Positions 28,679 to 39,076 are shown, counted from the first letter of the stretch. The stretch is 64,000 nucleotides of DNA from an uncultured Acidobacteriota bacterium (GCA_963724645.1 CAVRVJ010000003.1:1283103-1347102), one strand, 5' to 3'. Program-made: numbers and translations. Notes: generated from the sequence alone by a model not told the origin.

Positions 28679-29714
28679 ATGCGTGACCGCGTCATTCGAT
28701 CGACCGCCCCCGTGCGCATCGCCGACAACGGCGGTTGGACGGATACCTGGTTCGCTGGATATGGAAGGGTGCTGAACATCGCGGTGACCCCAGGGGTGGA
28801 CGTCACGCTCCGCGCATTCAGCCGTCAGCGTGACGACCCCGCGGTCACATTTCACCTGCACAACTCCGGTCTCGTGTACCGAGTACGAGCCCCGATCCGG
28901 AAGCGGAGGCGCCCATCCGCTGTTGGAGGCGGCGATCGACTATCTGGACATTCCCGACGGTGCCGCCGTCCGCATCGACGTCGCATCTGCAGTGCCGGCC
29001 GGGGCGTCGACCGGGACTTCAGCTTCCGTGACCGTGGCACTTCTTGCGGCCCTGTCTCGACTGCTGGGGCGCGCGTTGACGCCGATGGAACTTGCCATGG
29101 CCGCCCACCATGTCGAGATGGACATCCTCGGATGGCAGTGCGGCGTGCAGGATCAAATCGCGGCGGCATTTGGAGGCGTCAATTACATTGCGATCGATCG
29201 ATTCCCACGCGCTTCCGTCGAGCGACTCGAACTCGATGCCGGCCTGTGCCGGCGGCTCGAGGAGCGGCTGCTGCTCGTGTTCCTCGGGGTGTCGCACCGG
29301 TCATCCGACGTGCACCGGCTGGTCATCGCCGAACTCGAGGGTGAAGGCGAGACCTCGCCACGCCTCGAGACCCTCCGCCGGTGTGCGGCCGATGCGCGCG
29401 ACGCCCTTCGCGCGGGCGATCTCGAGGCCTTCGGCAGATCGCTCTCGTGCAATACCGAGGCGCAGGCCTGTCTGCATCCCAGACTGATTGGGGAGGCCGC
29501 CCGACGCGTGATCGAGATTGCCGCGGCGCACGGGGCGAGCGGCTGGAAGGTCAATGGCGCCGGAGGCGATGGCGGATCGGTGACTATCCTGCGCGGATCG
29601 AACAGCGTGGCGGACGGCCGGATCTGCGAGGCAATCGCTGCCGCGGTGCCCGGCTCGAGCGTGATTCCCGTCGCGTTGGCTCCGCACGGGGCCCGGACTA
29701 TCGAGGAAACCTGA
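28679..29714 (+). pseudogene. GHMP-family sugar kinase (heptose-7-phosphate/fucose kinase-like), one frame break near 28879
   Basis: Frame a gives RSTAPVRIADNGGWTDTWFAGYGRVLNIAV...HNSGLVY. Frame b gives EYEPRSGSGGAHPLLEAAIDYL...VPAGASTGTSASV...KVNGAGGDGGSV. One extra C separates them. Confidence 0.75.
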
Positions 29715-29877
29715 CTTTCGCGGCGCCCAGGCCCCAATCCGCATATACTTGCCTCCAATTTCCGAGCGACTGGCAACGGGATCGACCCGACCTAATCTCG
29801 CGCCGCCGGGCGGCAGGTGATCGAATATGCGGCAAGAGTCATGTATTTCAAACGTCTGGCACGCGCGACGGCCCCGG

Positions 29878-31353
29878 ATGTTCGTCGTCGCCGTCGCCGT
29901 CCTCGCCGGCGCGGCGACCCTCGGCGCGCAGCACCGGCTGACGCCCAGCGAGGCGGCGGACCGGTACAAGCGCGCGACGCACTTCTTCGCGGACGCGCGA
30001 TACGAAGAGGCCTACAGGCATTACGCCGAAGCTTTTTCGGCGGGCCAGGGCGACCTGCCGACCGGCGCCCTCAAGGGCATGATTCGTTCGGCGCTCCGGC
30101 TTTCCAGTTTTGAGATCGCCCGGCGGGGGTCCGAGGCCCTGAAGGCCGTTACAAACGATGAAGACTCGCTGACGCTGTTCGGCGACGCGCTGTGGGGCGG
30201 AGGATTGTTCGACGAGGCGGAGGCGGCTTACCGGGATGCGCAGCAGCGGTACCCGGCGTCGGCGCGCGCGCGATTCGGCGTGGCGCGCTCGCTCGCGGCG
30301 CGCGGCCGTCTTGGCGAGGCGCTGACCGAGGGGCTCGCCGCCCTCACGGCTGCACCAACCGATGCCGAAATCCTCGTGCTCGTGGCCGAGCTGTACGAGC
30401 GCGTCTTCCGGTACGACGACGCCGCCCGCGTCTACGAGGAGTACGTCAAGGTGCTGCCGGCGCGCCTGCGCGGCGACACCGACGTGGCGGCGATCAAGAT
30501 CCGGCTGCTGCGTAGCTTCAGCGGGCGCACGCCCGTGACGATCGAGGGCGCCGGCGGCTCGCATACGGTGCCGTTTACGATGCGGGAGAAGAAAGTCGTC
30601 ATCGACGGCCTCTTGAACGGCAAGCCGATGGAGTTCGTTCTCGATACCGGCGCCGATCGGACGGCGGTCACCGGAAAATCCGCCGACCGTGCCGGCGTTC
30701 GCGGAATCATCGAAACGATGATCACGGGTGTCGGCGCCCCGGGTGTTCGCCGGCTCGCCGTCGGGCGCGCCGACACAATCGCGATCGGCGATCTCACGAT
30801 TCACGACGTGCCGGTATCGATACGCCGTCAGAACATTCCAGGCACGGACTCGTGGCAGAACGAGACGTTTTCCCCGATGGCGCTCGGCCTCTCGGTCGTC
30901 GTCGACTACAAACGCCACGAGGTCAGCTTCGGGCGCGAGATTCCGATCGAGCCCGCGGATTTCCGCCTGCCGCTGCGGGTCTACCGCCTGCCCCTCGTCC
31001 GGGGGCTCGTCAACGACAAGTACCCTGCCTCGTTCATCGTCGATACCGGCGGCGAAATGCTCTCGATCAGCAAGGACATGGCGACACAGCTCGCGATGCA
31101 GCCGACGCGCCGGATCGGGCTTCGGGTCTTTGGCATCATGGGCCTCGATCCGGACGCGTTCGTGCTGCCGGGCGTCGACCTGAATTTCGACGCCATCGAA
31201 TACCAGAAGTTCGCCGTGGCAGTGCTCAACCTGCGGGCGCCGAGCGTGCTTCTCGGATTCCAGCTCGGCGGCGTCCTCGGCTACACGTTCCTCAATGAGT
31301 ATCGCGTGGCGATGGATTTTGCCCGCGGCGAGCTGCGCCTCCGGAAGTTGTAG
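29878..31353 (+). CDS. secreted TPR protein fused to two retropepsin-like aspartyl protease domains
   Basis: Signal peptide MFVVAVAVLAGAATLGAQ, N-terminal TPR-like helices, then two D-T-G motifs (VLDTGADRTAV with GAT ACC GGC at 30643-30651, and IVDTGGEMLSIS at 31042-31050). Confidence 0.75.
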   Translation: MFVVAVAVLAGAATLGAQHRLTPSEAADRYKRATHFFADARYEEAYRHYAEAFSAGQGDLPTGALKGMIRSALRLSSFEIARRGSEALKAVTNDEDSLTLFGDALWGGGLFDEAEAAYRDAQQRYPASARARFGVARSLAARGRLGEALTEGLAALTAAPTDAEILVLVAELYERVFRYDDAARVYEEYVKVLPARLRGDTDVAAIKIRLLRSFSGRTPVTIEGAGGSHTVPFTMREKKVVIDGLLNGKPMEFVLDTGADRTAVTGKSADRAGVRGIIETMITGVGAPGVRRLAVGRADTIAIGDLTIHDVPVSIRRQNIPGTDSWQNETFSPMALGLSVVVDYKRHEVSFGREIPIEPADFRLPLRVYRLPLVRGLVNDKYPASFIVDTGGEMLSISKDMATQLAMQPTRRIGLRVFGIMGLDPDAFVLPGVDLNFDAIEYQKFAVAVLNLRAPSVLLGFQLGGVLGYTFLNEYRVAMDFARGELRLRKL

Positions 31354-31388
31354 GTTCCGGGCGGCCGCGGTAGCCGCCGACTCTTCGC

Positions 31389-31652
31389 ATGCGTCAGGAG
31401 CCGGAGGCGTTCGGCGATCGTGAGCTCAGCCTGATCTATATCGCGCGAAAGTTGAATGACGCGCTGCGTGTCGAAGAAGTATTGACGGCTGCTGGCCTGG
31501 ATTACGCGGTCGAAGCGGATCATTACTCCGCCGGGTTCCTGTTTCGAAGACAACGAGTCGGCGCGTTCTTCTACGTGGCCGCTGAAGAGGAGAATCGCGC
31601 ACGGGCCGTGCTGCGACAGGAACGCTTCACGCCCTTCAAGCCCGTCCCATAA
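31389..31652 (+). CDS. hypothetical 87-aa protein
   Basis: Protein-like composition with alpha/beta character. No family recognised. Confidence 0.45.
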   Translation: MRQEPEAFGDRELSLIYIARKLNDALRVEEVLTAAGLDYAVEADHYSAGFLFRRQRVGAFFYVAAEEENRARAVLRQERFTPFKPVP

Positions 31653-31671
31653 GATCACCGCACGCTGCAAA

Positions 31672-32325
31672 ATGAAGCCGATGCGTCCGCGCCTCCTGCC
31701 CAGTCTGGCCTGCATCGGCGTTGCGGCAGCCTCGTGCCGGCCCCAGGTTCCACAACGCACTCCGCCGGCCTCCACCGTCGAGCAGCCGGCCAGCAGGATC
31801 GTGCCTGCGGGCGCGCTGCGGTGGTCGGCGACCCGCCGCCTGGCGTGGAGCGACTTCCTCGCGCGGCCGCCCATCAGTCACTCGGAGGCCGCCATGACGG
31901 CCAAGAGTTTGATCTGGGGATTTCACTGCACGGGCGACGAGTTCACATTTCAGGCGGTCGCCGTGTTCCTTCCAGACCGTTCGTGGGTGGACCCGACGGT
32001 ATCGATCCAACTGGGGAGCGGTCTGGAGACGCTGAGGCACGAGCAGACCCACTTCGATCTGACCGAGGTGTTTACGCGGCGAATGCGGCAGTTCTTCGCC
32101 GGGCTCCCCCATCCGTGCGATAACACGGCCGAGCAACTCACGGATCTGGCCGATCGCTTCCTGCACGATGAGGCCGACGCACAGCGCCGGTACGATGAGG
32201 CAACGGCCAATGGCCGTGCCGGCTCCGCCCAGTCGCGATGGGATGCCGACGTCAAGCGCTGGCTCGAAGCGCTGGCGTCCTTTGCCCGTCCTCCTTCGCC
32301 TGACACTGAAATAAGACGTCCATGA
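31672..32325 (+). CDS. DUF922-like predicted secreted Zn-dependent protease, lipoprotein
   Basis: Signal ending AAASC. LRHEQTHFDLTEVF resembles the DUF922 HExxH-type motif. Confidence 0.65.
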   Translation: MKPMRPRLLPSLACIGVAAASCRPQVPQRTPPASTVEQPASRIVPAGALRWSATRRLAWSDFLARPPISHSEAAMTAKSLIWGFHCTGDEFTFQAVAVFLPDRSWVDPTVSIQLGSGLETLRHEQTHFDLTEVFTRRMRQFFAGLPHPCDNTAEQLTDLADRFLHDEADAQRRYDEATANGRAGSAQSRWDADVKRWLEALASFARPPSPDTEIRRP

Positions 32326-32352
32326 ATTCGGTCCCTGTCGATCGGCCGGCAA

Positions 32353-32976
32353 TCATGTCAGCAGGCTCCGCAATTGCCGGCCGCTCATGCCAGTGTTGTA
32401 CGGCCGGGTGCCCGGCTCGAACTCCTTCCCCCGAGGCAGTGCTCCGACGATGACAGGATCGAAACCGGCGTCCCGCACGAGGCCGGCCACGACCTCCATG
32501 GCGCCGGGGTCGTCGCCGGCGAGCGGAATGCCGACTCGATCGCCGTTGCGGTGCGCTTCACTTTCGAGCACTTTGAAGTACACGCTGTTGAACGCTTTCA
32601 CCCAACGGGCCTTTGGAAAGAAGGCAGCCGCCCACGCCGCGGATCCGCCGGGATGGCGCGCCGCGTCACGTGCGCTGTCCCCGTCCCTCTTCTCGTATGC
32701 GTTGCTGGTGTCGATGACGACCTTGCCCGCCAACAGAGGCGCGAGATCGTGTGCGAGTCCGGGGATGGCGCGCAGTGGGACCGTCAGCATCACCGCGTCG
32801 CCAAACGTGGCCGCCTCGGCAGGTGTCCCCGCCGACGCCTGATTTCCTAACCTGTCGACGAGTGCCTGCAGGCCCTCGGGGTGTCGCGAAGCCACTCGGA
32901 CGTGGTGTCCGGCGTCGACCCACAGCTTCGCCATGGTCGAGCCGATCATGCCGGCGCCAACGATCCCAATCTGCAT
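32353..32976 (-). CDS. NADP oxidoreductase, coenzyme F420-dependent family (NADPH-dependent F420 reductase-like)
   Basis: Contains the MQIGIVGAGMIGSTMA Rossmann motif. It is 207 aa long, and its sequence is typical of the F420_oxidored family. Confidence 0.8.
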   Translation of the reverse strand: MQIGIVGAGMIGSTMAKLWVDAGHHVRVASRHPEGLQALVDRLGNQASAGTPAEAATFGDAVMLTVPLRAIPGLAHDLAPLLAGKVVIDTSNAYEKRDGDSARDAARHPGGSAAWAAAFFPKARWVKAFNSVYFKVLESEAHRNGDRVGIPLAGDDPGAMEVVAGLVRDAGFDPVIVGALPRGKEFEPGTRPYNTGMSGRQLRSLLT

Positions 32977-33010
32977 GAAGGCCTCCCTGGATCAGTGCGC
33001 GTTGCAAGCC

Positions 33011-34051
33011 CTATTGTTTGAGGTGACCCCACCGTACGAGATCTTCGACTGTCGCGATCACGCTTTCACGCGCCGGCCGGAAGTTCACTCCAAGGTCGTG
33101 TCTGATCTTGCTGTTGTCGTAGCGCATCGTCCTGCCGACGTGGGTCCGAATATACGAGCCGGTTCCCTTCGGTCGCGTGTAGGACAACAGCTTGACCACG
33201 AAACTGCCGATCGGGCCGGTCAGATCACGCCTCGGAAGCCGATAGCGGCGGCCGTAGCCCGCTTCTTCCAGCAACGCGACGACGTCCCTCATTGAAAGCG
33301 TTTCGCCGGCGCAGATGTAGCGGCCGTGCGCCCGGTCGTTCTCCATCGCCAGCACGTGAGCGGTGGCCACGTCGCGCACGTCCACGAATCCCCACGCCAG
33401 GCTCAGAATTCCCGGGTACGCCCCCGTGAGGATGTCGCGAAAAACGGCGTTCGTCGTGTTCAGGTCCGGCCCGAGCGACGGTCCGAGAATCATGAACGGG
33501 TTGATGGCAATCAGGTCGAAGCCAGGCGATTCGTCCTCGACAAATCGCCAGGCCGATCGTTCGGCGACGGTCTTGGAAAAGTAGTAGGGGTTGCGATCGA
33601 GCGAGGACCGCTCGTTCCAGTCGCTCTCCGTAAAGACTTTCCCGTCGATCGGTTCATCGGTGATCGCGGCCAGCGAAGAGGTCAGAACCACACGCCGCAC
33701 TCCGGCCCGCTTGGCCGATCGCAAGACGTTGAGCGTGCCGTTGGCGGCCGGATCGACCAGATCGCGCTGAGGGTCCTTGACGTCGACGATATACGGGCTT
33801 GCTGTGTGGATGACCACCGCGCAGCCGTCGATCGCCGGCGCGTAGGACCCCTCATTGAGCAATTCCGCGGTCATCAACTCGAGCCGGCCGGCCGCGCCCG
33901 GGAGGCCCGTGAGAAAGGCATACTTTCCCTGGGCGGGCGGGCTCCGAACGGTGCCTCGAACCCTGTAGCCGCGCTCGAGCAGCTCGCGGACGATGTGCGC
34001 CGCCACGAACCCTGAGGCGCCAGTCACGCAGATCGGCTCGCCAGTCATCAT
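33011..34051 (-). CDS. NAD-dependent epimerase/dehydratase (extended SDR, cinnamoyl-CoA/dihydroflavonol reductase-like)
   Basis: Contains VTGASGFVAAHIVRELLERGY and YYFSKTVAE (YxxxK). 346 aa. Confidence 0.85.
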   Translation of the reverse strand: MMTGEPICVTGASGFVAAHIVRELLERGYRVRGTVRSPPAQGKYAFLTGLPGAAGRLELMTAELLNEGSYAPAIDGCAVVIHTASPYIVDVKDPQRDLVDPAANGTLNVLRSAKRAGVRRVVLTSSLAAITDEPIDGKVFTESDWNERSSLDRNPYYFSKTVAERSAWRFVEDESPGFDLIAINPFMILGPSLGPDLNTTNAVFRDILTGAYPGILSLAWGFVDVRDVATAHVLAMENDRAHGRYICAGETLSMRDVVALLEEAGYGRRYRLPRRDLTGPIGSFVVKLLSYTRPKGTGSYIRTHVGRTMRYDNSKIRHDLGVNFRPARESVIATVEDLVRWGHLKQ

Positions 34052-34166
34052 CCTGCCCCTCTCAAATGATTTGTCATGGACGAGGCGTGGGGCAACATGG
34101 GAATGCTGCGGGTCGAAGGCTTGCGGGCGGTGCTACGATTGGCGCGGAGAGTCACCGCAGGCTGCC

Positions 34167-36998
34167 ATGACGAGACGCGTCGTCCTTCCAGTGATCATCG
34201 CGGCCCTGGCGTGCAGTGGGGGCGCCGCGATTCTGGGCCAGGCCAAACCTGAGCCCGCAAACCGGGATTGGCCGGTTTACCGCGGCGATCCGGGCGCCAC
34301 TCAGTACGCTGCGCTCGCACAGATTCATGCAGCAAACGTCCACCGGCTGCAGCCGGTCTGGGAATACGCCACCGGCGACGCCAGCGCGCGTTCCACGATG
34401 CACGCCAATCCCATTGTCGTGAACGGCGTGATGTATCTGACCACGCCGAGTCTGAAGGCCGTGGCATTGAATGCGGCCACCGGCCGCGAACTCTGGAGCT
34501 TCGATCCGGCGACCTACAACGAGCGCCACGCCGTGATCAGGCTTCGCAATCGAGGTGTCACGTACTGGAAGGGCGCAGAGGGCGAGCGAATCTTCGATTT
34601 CGTGAAAGATCGCGTGTACGCTCTCGACGCGGCCTCGGGCAGGCTGATCACGACATTCGGCAAGGGCGGGTGGATCGACCTGCGCGAGAATCTCGGCGTG
34701 GATCCGGCGACGGTGAGCCTCGAGATGACGTCGCCTGGCGCGATTTACAGGAATCTGCTGATCGTCGGCTCGCGCGTCAACGAGAGCTACGACGCCTCGC
34801 CCGGCCACGTTCGCGCCTTCGACGCCGCCACGGGCCAGCTCAAGTGGGTGTTTCACACGATCCCGCAGGAAGGCGAGTTCGGCCACGAGACGTGGAAATG
34901 GGTGAATGGCGAGAACTACGGCGGCGCCAACGCATGGGGTGGCATCACCGTCGACGAGCGCCGCGGGTGGGTGTTCTGCGCGACCGGATCGGCGACGGAC
35001 GATTTCTACGGCGCGTTCCGCAAAGGCGCCGATCTGTTTGCCGACAGCGTCCTGGCCCTCGACGCGACGACCGGCGAGCGCAAGTGGCACTACCAGACCG
35101 TGCATCACGACATCTGGGATTACGACAATCCGCCAGCACCGATCCTTGTCACACTCAACGCGGGAGGCACTCCCAGAGATGTCGTGGTCCAGCTCACGAA
35201 GATGGGTTTCATCTTCGTGCTCGATCGGGACACGGGGCAGCCGGTTTTTCCGGTGGTCGAAAAGCCGGTGCCGCCTTCCACCGTGCCCGGCGAGGAAGCC
35301 TGGCCCACGCAGCCGTTTCCCCTCAAACCACCGGCGCTCGTGCGCCAGTTGCTCACCGAGGCTGATCTCACCAACATCACGCCGGCGGCACGCGAATTTG
35401 CTCTCAGGGAATTCAAGAAATACACGGCCGGATCGATCTTCACTCCGCCGACGTTGCAGGGCACTCTGACGCAGCCGGGCCATCTGGGCGGCAGTGAATG
35501 GCACGGGGGATCGTTCGATCCCTTCCTGAACGTGCTGTACGTGAACGTCAACGACGCGCCGACGATCAACCAGCTCAGGCCGGTGCACGAGTCGCCGCTC
35601 AATGGGTCGCAGACGCCCATCGAGCTGGGACGGCAAATCTACGAAAAGACTTGCGCGAGCTGCCACGGCGCCGATCGACGAGGCGCACCCCCTCTGACGC
35701 CGTCCCTGACCGAACTGAAGATGAGCAAGGCGGACATCCAGGCGATCGTTCTCGAGGGGCGCAACAGCATGCCGGCCTTTCGACTTTTCCGGCCTGCGGA
35801 GATGAGCGGGCTCCTGCAGTACGTCGCCAGTCCGCCTGGCGAGGCGGCGTCCGTTCCCCTGAAACGTTCGGTCGATCGGTACGCGATCGACGCGTACACC
35901 GTCTTCACGGATCAGGACGGCGTGCCGGCGATTGCACCGCCTTGGGGAACGCTCAACGCCGTCGATCTCAACAAGGGTGAGATTCTTTGGAAGGTCCCCC
36001 TTGGAGAGTATCCGCAGTTGGTCGCCAAGGGCATTCGCAACACCGGCACGATGAACTACGGCGGCACTGTCACAACGGCCGGTGGCGTTGTGTTCGTGGC
36101 GGCGACCGCGGACGAAAAGATTCGGGCGTTCGAGGCGCATTCCGGGCGGCTATTGTGGGAGCACCAGCTGCCGGCGGGCGGCTATGCGACCCCCAGCGTC
36201 TATATGGTCAACGGCAGGGAATACGTCGTGATTGCCGCCGGCGGCGGAGGCAAGAACGGCACGAAATCAGGTGACGCAATTATCGCATTCGCGTTGCCCG
36301 AGCTGGATTCACCCCGGGCAGCCCAGACACCGGGCGAATGGACGCGGCTATTCGACGGCTCGACCTTGAACGGCTGGGTCCATCTGAATGGGGCGCACAC
36401 CTATACCGTCGAGGATGGCGCCATTGTCGGCCGCACGGTGCAGAACAGCGCCAGCATGAATTCATTCCTCTGCACCCTGCAGGAGTTCGACGATTTTGAG
36501 CTCGAGCTCGAGACGATGGTCGACCGTGTGACGAATCAGGGGATTCAGATCCGCAGTCAGGTCCGGCCCGTGACGACAGGACAGGGTTTCGACCTCGCCG
36601 CTGGCCGCGTAGTTGGACCGCAGGTCGAGGTCAGGAGATTCTACGAGGGCTTATCCACCAGCGGACTGCTGTACGGTGAAGCCCTCGGAACTGGCTGGCT
36701 GTCCTCGCAGGCCAAGATCGACCACGGGCATCACTTCTTTGTCGACGAAGGTTGGAACGTGTTGCGCATCGTCGCCAACGGACCGCGCATTCAAACATGG
36801 GTAAACGGCCATCCCGTCGAGGATCTGACGCTCGATGCCGTGTACAAGAGCCATCCCAAAGGGTTCATCGGCCTGCAGCTTCACGGGATCAACGAGCGCG
36901 ATCTGGCGCTGCCGGTCAATGCCGGCTCAGGGGTCACCATCAGTCAACCCCTGATCAGCAGGTGGAGGAACATCCGAATCCGGCCGCTCGCGAGGTAA
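34167..36998 (+). CDS. PQQ-dependent (glucose/quinate-type) dehydrogenase with an inserted cytochrome c domain and a C-terminal DUF1080 domain
   Basis: Signal peptide starting at MTRRVVLPV, then propeller motifs (DWPVYRGDPGATQYAALAQI, HHDIWDYD). CASCH lies at 35652-35666 inside the propeller. The C-terminal ~220 aa match the DUF1080/3-keto-disaccharide hydrolase pattern (WTRLFDGSTLNGW...GLQLHG...WRNIRIRPL). Confidence 0.85.
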   Translation: MTRRVVLPVIIAALACSGGAAILGQAKPEPANRDWPVYRGDPGATQYAALAQIHAANVHRLQPVWEYATGDASARSTMHANPIVVNGVMYLTTPSLKAVALNAATGRELWSFDPATYNERHAVIRLRNRGVTYWKGAEGERIFDFVKDRVYALDAASGRLITTFGKGGWIDLRENLGVDPATVSLEMTSPGAIYRNLLIVGSRVNESYDASPGHVRAFDAATGQLKWVFHTIPQEGEFGHETWKWVNGENYGGANAWGGITVDERRGWVFCATGSATDDFYGAFRKGADLFADSVLALDATTGERKWHYQTVHHDIWDYDNPPAPILVTLNAGGTPRDVVVQLTKMGFIFVLDRDTGQPVFPVVEKPVPPSTVPGEEAWPTQPFPLKPPALVRQLLTEADLTNITPAAREFALREFKKYTAGSIFTPPTLQGTLTQPGHLGGSEWHGGSFDPFLNVLYVNVNDAPTINQLRPVHESPLNGSQTPIELGRQIYEKTCASCHGADRRGAPPLTPSLTELKMSKADIQAIVLEGRNSMPAFRLFRPAEMSGLLQYVASPPGEAASVPLKRSVDRYAIDAYTVFTDQDGVPAIAPPWGTLNAVDLNKGEILWKVPLGEYPQLVAKGIRNTGTMNYGGTVTTAGGVVFVAATADEKIRAFEAHSGRLLWEHQLPAGGYATPSVYMVNGREYVVIAAGGGGKNGTKSGDAIIAFALPELDSPRAAQTPGEWTRLFDGSTLNGWVHLNGAHTYTVEDGAIVGRTVQNSASMNSFLCTLQEFDDFELELETMVDRVTNQGIQIRSQVRPVTTGQGFDLAAGRVVGPQVEVRRFYEGLSTSGLLYGEALGTGWLSSQAKIDHGHHFFVDEGWNVLRIVANGPRIQTWVNGHPVEDLTLDAVYKSHPKGFIGLQLHGINERDLALPVNAGSGVTISQPLISRWRNIRIRPLAR

Positions 36999-37025
36999 CT
37001 AGGAAATCCGATTCACCATCCCGTA

Positions 37026-39035
37026 CTACCAGATCTGAACCCGATCTTTCGGGTCCCTGTACAGTTTGTCGCCGGGCTTGACGCCGAACGCATCGTAGAA
37101 GCCCTGGACGTTGCTCGCCGGAATATTCACACGGAACTCCGGCGGCGAATGCGGATCGATCACGAGCCGCCGCCGGGCCTCTTGATCACGGTACTTGGTG
37201 CGCCAGATCTGCGCCCAACCCTCGAACAGGCGCTGCTCGCCTGTCAGGTTGTCCAAGGTGGGCGAGGGCCGCCCGGCCAGCGAGATCTTATAGGCCTTGT
37301 AAGCGATCGACAGGCCGCCGAGATCGCCGATGTTTTCTCCGAGCGTGAGTTCGCCGTTGACGTGCAGCCCTGGCAGCGGCGTGGCCGCGTTGTATTGTTC
37401 GACCAGCATCTTCGCGCGCTTCTCGAACTCCTTCGCATCCGCCTCCGTCCACCAGTCGCGCAGCGCGCCCGTGCCGTCGTAATGGCGGCCCTGGTCGTCG
37501 AAACCGTGGCCGATTTCATGGCCGATCACCGCGCCGATGGCCCCGTAATTCGCCGCGTCGTCCGCGTCGAAGTTGAAGAACGGCGGCCGCATGATGGCCG
37601 CCGGAAACACGATCTCGTTCATCAGAGGAGTGTAGTACGCGTTGACCGTTTGCGGCGTCAGGAGCCATTCGGTCCGATCGACAGGCTTGCCGAGCTTGGC
37701 CACCTGATAGTCGTTCTCAAACCTCTCTGCCCGCAGGACATTCCCGAGCAGGTCGTCAGACTTGATCACGAGCCCGGTATAGTCGCGCCATTTGTCCGGA
37801 TACGCGATCTTGGTGTTGAATTTCGCGAGCTTCTCGAGCGCCTGCTTCCTGGTATCAGGGGTCATCCAGTCGAGCGTCGTGATCGATTGCCGGTACGCCT
37901 CGAGCAGGTTGCCGACCATCTTCTGCATTCGAGCCTTCGCCTCTGGTGGAAACGTCTTGTCCACATACAGTTTTCCGACAGCCATGCCGATGTGGCCGTT
38001 CACGACGCTCACTCCTCGTTTCCAGCGCTCGCGCTGGCTCGGCTGTCCGCTGAGCGTGCGGCCGAACAGCTCGAAGGACGCGTCGACGAACGGCTTGCTC
38101 AGATAGGGCGCCGCTGCGGTCAAATACTGCGCCGCCAACCACGCCCTCCATGTCGCCAGAGGTGTGGCCGGGACAAGGGCCGCGAAACTCTTGAAGAACG
38201 ACGGCTGTGACACAACGACGTCGACGGCTCGATCGAGGCCTTGGGGCCTGGCCCACGCCATCCAATCGAAGCCCGGCATTTCCCTGGGGAGGCTCTCGAA
38301 TGGGAATTTGTTGTAGGTCTTGAGCGAATCGCGACTCTCGACGCGCGTCCACTGAATCCTCGCCAGTTCGGTCTCGAGACCGAGGACCGCCTTCGCGTCA
38401 GCCGCAGCGTTGGGCCGGCCGGAGAGCGTGAAGATCTTTTCCAGGAACTCCTGGTACTTCTGTCGGACCTCAACGAATTTCGGATCGTCCTGCAGGTAGT
38501 AGTCCCGATCGGGGAGCGCGATGCCACCCTGTGCGAGGTACAGAATCGTCCGAGTCGGATCTTTCGCGTCCGACGCGACCCCGGCGTTCACCGGTCCGCC
38601 GGCATTGATCGCTGACAAGGCGCCCGCCTCGGCGGCCATGGCCTGCGCCGTCGTGATTGCGTCGATCTTCTGAAGCTCGGCTTTGATCGGCGTCGCGCCA
38701 AGCTGCTCGGCGCGCGCTTCGTTCATGAAGCTCGTGTACAAGTCGCCGACCTGTTGCGCGACAGTGCCGCCGGCGCGATTGTCCGCTGACGCCGCGGCGT
38801 CGAGGATGGCGCGCACGTCCGCCTCGGCCTTGTCGGTCAGTTCCGCGAATGCGCCGTACCCCGCCTTGTCGGCAGGGATCTCGGTCCTGGCCAGCCACGC
38901 GCCGTTGACATGGCGGAAGAAATTGTCCTGAGGACGCACGGCGGGATCGGCGTTGCCGATTTCGATCCCCGACTTGAGCGCCGGCTGTTGCGCAGTCAGC
39001 GTGCTGACCGCCAGAATGATGAGTGCGCGCCGCAT
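37026..39035 (-). CDS. pepO: M13-family zinc metallopeptidase (PepO / endothelin-converting enzyme-like)
   Basis: 669 aa with a signal peptide, NAYY, VIGHEIGHGFDDQG (HExxH) and GENIGDLGG. Confidence 0.93.
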   Translation of the reverse strand: MRRALIILAVSTLTAQQPALKSGIEIGNADPAVRPQDNFFRHVNGAWLARTEIPADKAGYGAFAELTDKAEADVRAILDAAASADNRAGGTVAQQVGDLYTSFMNEARAEQLGATPIKAELQKIDAITTAQAMAAEAGALSAINAGGPVNAGVASDAKDPTRTILYLAQGGIALPDRDYYLQDDPKFVEVRQKYQEFLEKIFTLSGRPNAAADAKAVLGLETELARIQWTRVESRDSLKTYNKFPFESLPREMPGFDWMAWARPQGLDRAVDVVVSQPSFFKSFAALVPATPLATWRAWLAAQYLTAAAPYLSKPFVDASFELFGRTLSGQPSQRERWKRGVSVVNGHIGMAVGKLYVDKTFPPEAKARMQKMVGNLLEAYRQSITTLDWMTPDTRKQALEKLAKFNTKIAYPDKWRDYTGLVIKSDDLLGNVLRAERFENDYQVAKLGKPVDRTEWLLTPQTVNAYYTPLMNEIVFPAAIMRPPFFNFDADDAANYGAIGAVIGHEIGHGFDDQGRHYDGTGALRDWWTEADAKEFEKRAKMLVEQYNAATPLPGLHVNGELTLGENIGDLGGLSIAYKAYKISLAGRPSPTLDNLTGEQRLFEGWAQIWRTKYRDQEARRRLVIDPHSPPEFRVNIPASNVQGFYDAFGVKPGDKLYRDPKDRVQIW

Positions 39036-39076
39036 TGTTCACCTCGAGACGGCTGGAGCCCTGGGCCGCCCATCCA

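Noticed and set aside
29857-29873. Perfect -24-like CTGGCACG motif upstream of the TPR-protease gene.
   Set aside because: The nearest GC dinucleotide is one base off the obligatory GG-N10-GC spacing. In addition, the implied transcription start would fall inside the coding region, since the ATG is at 29878.
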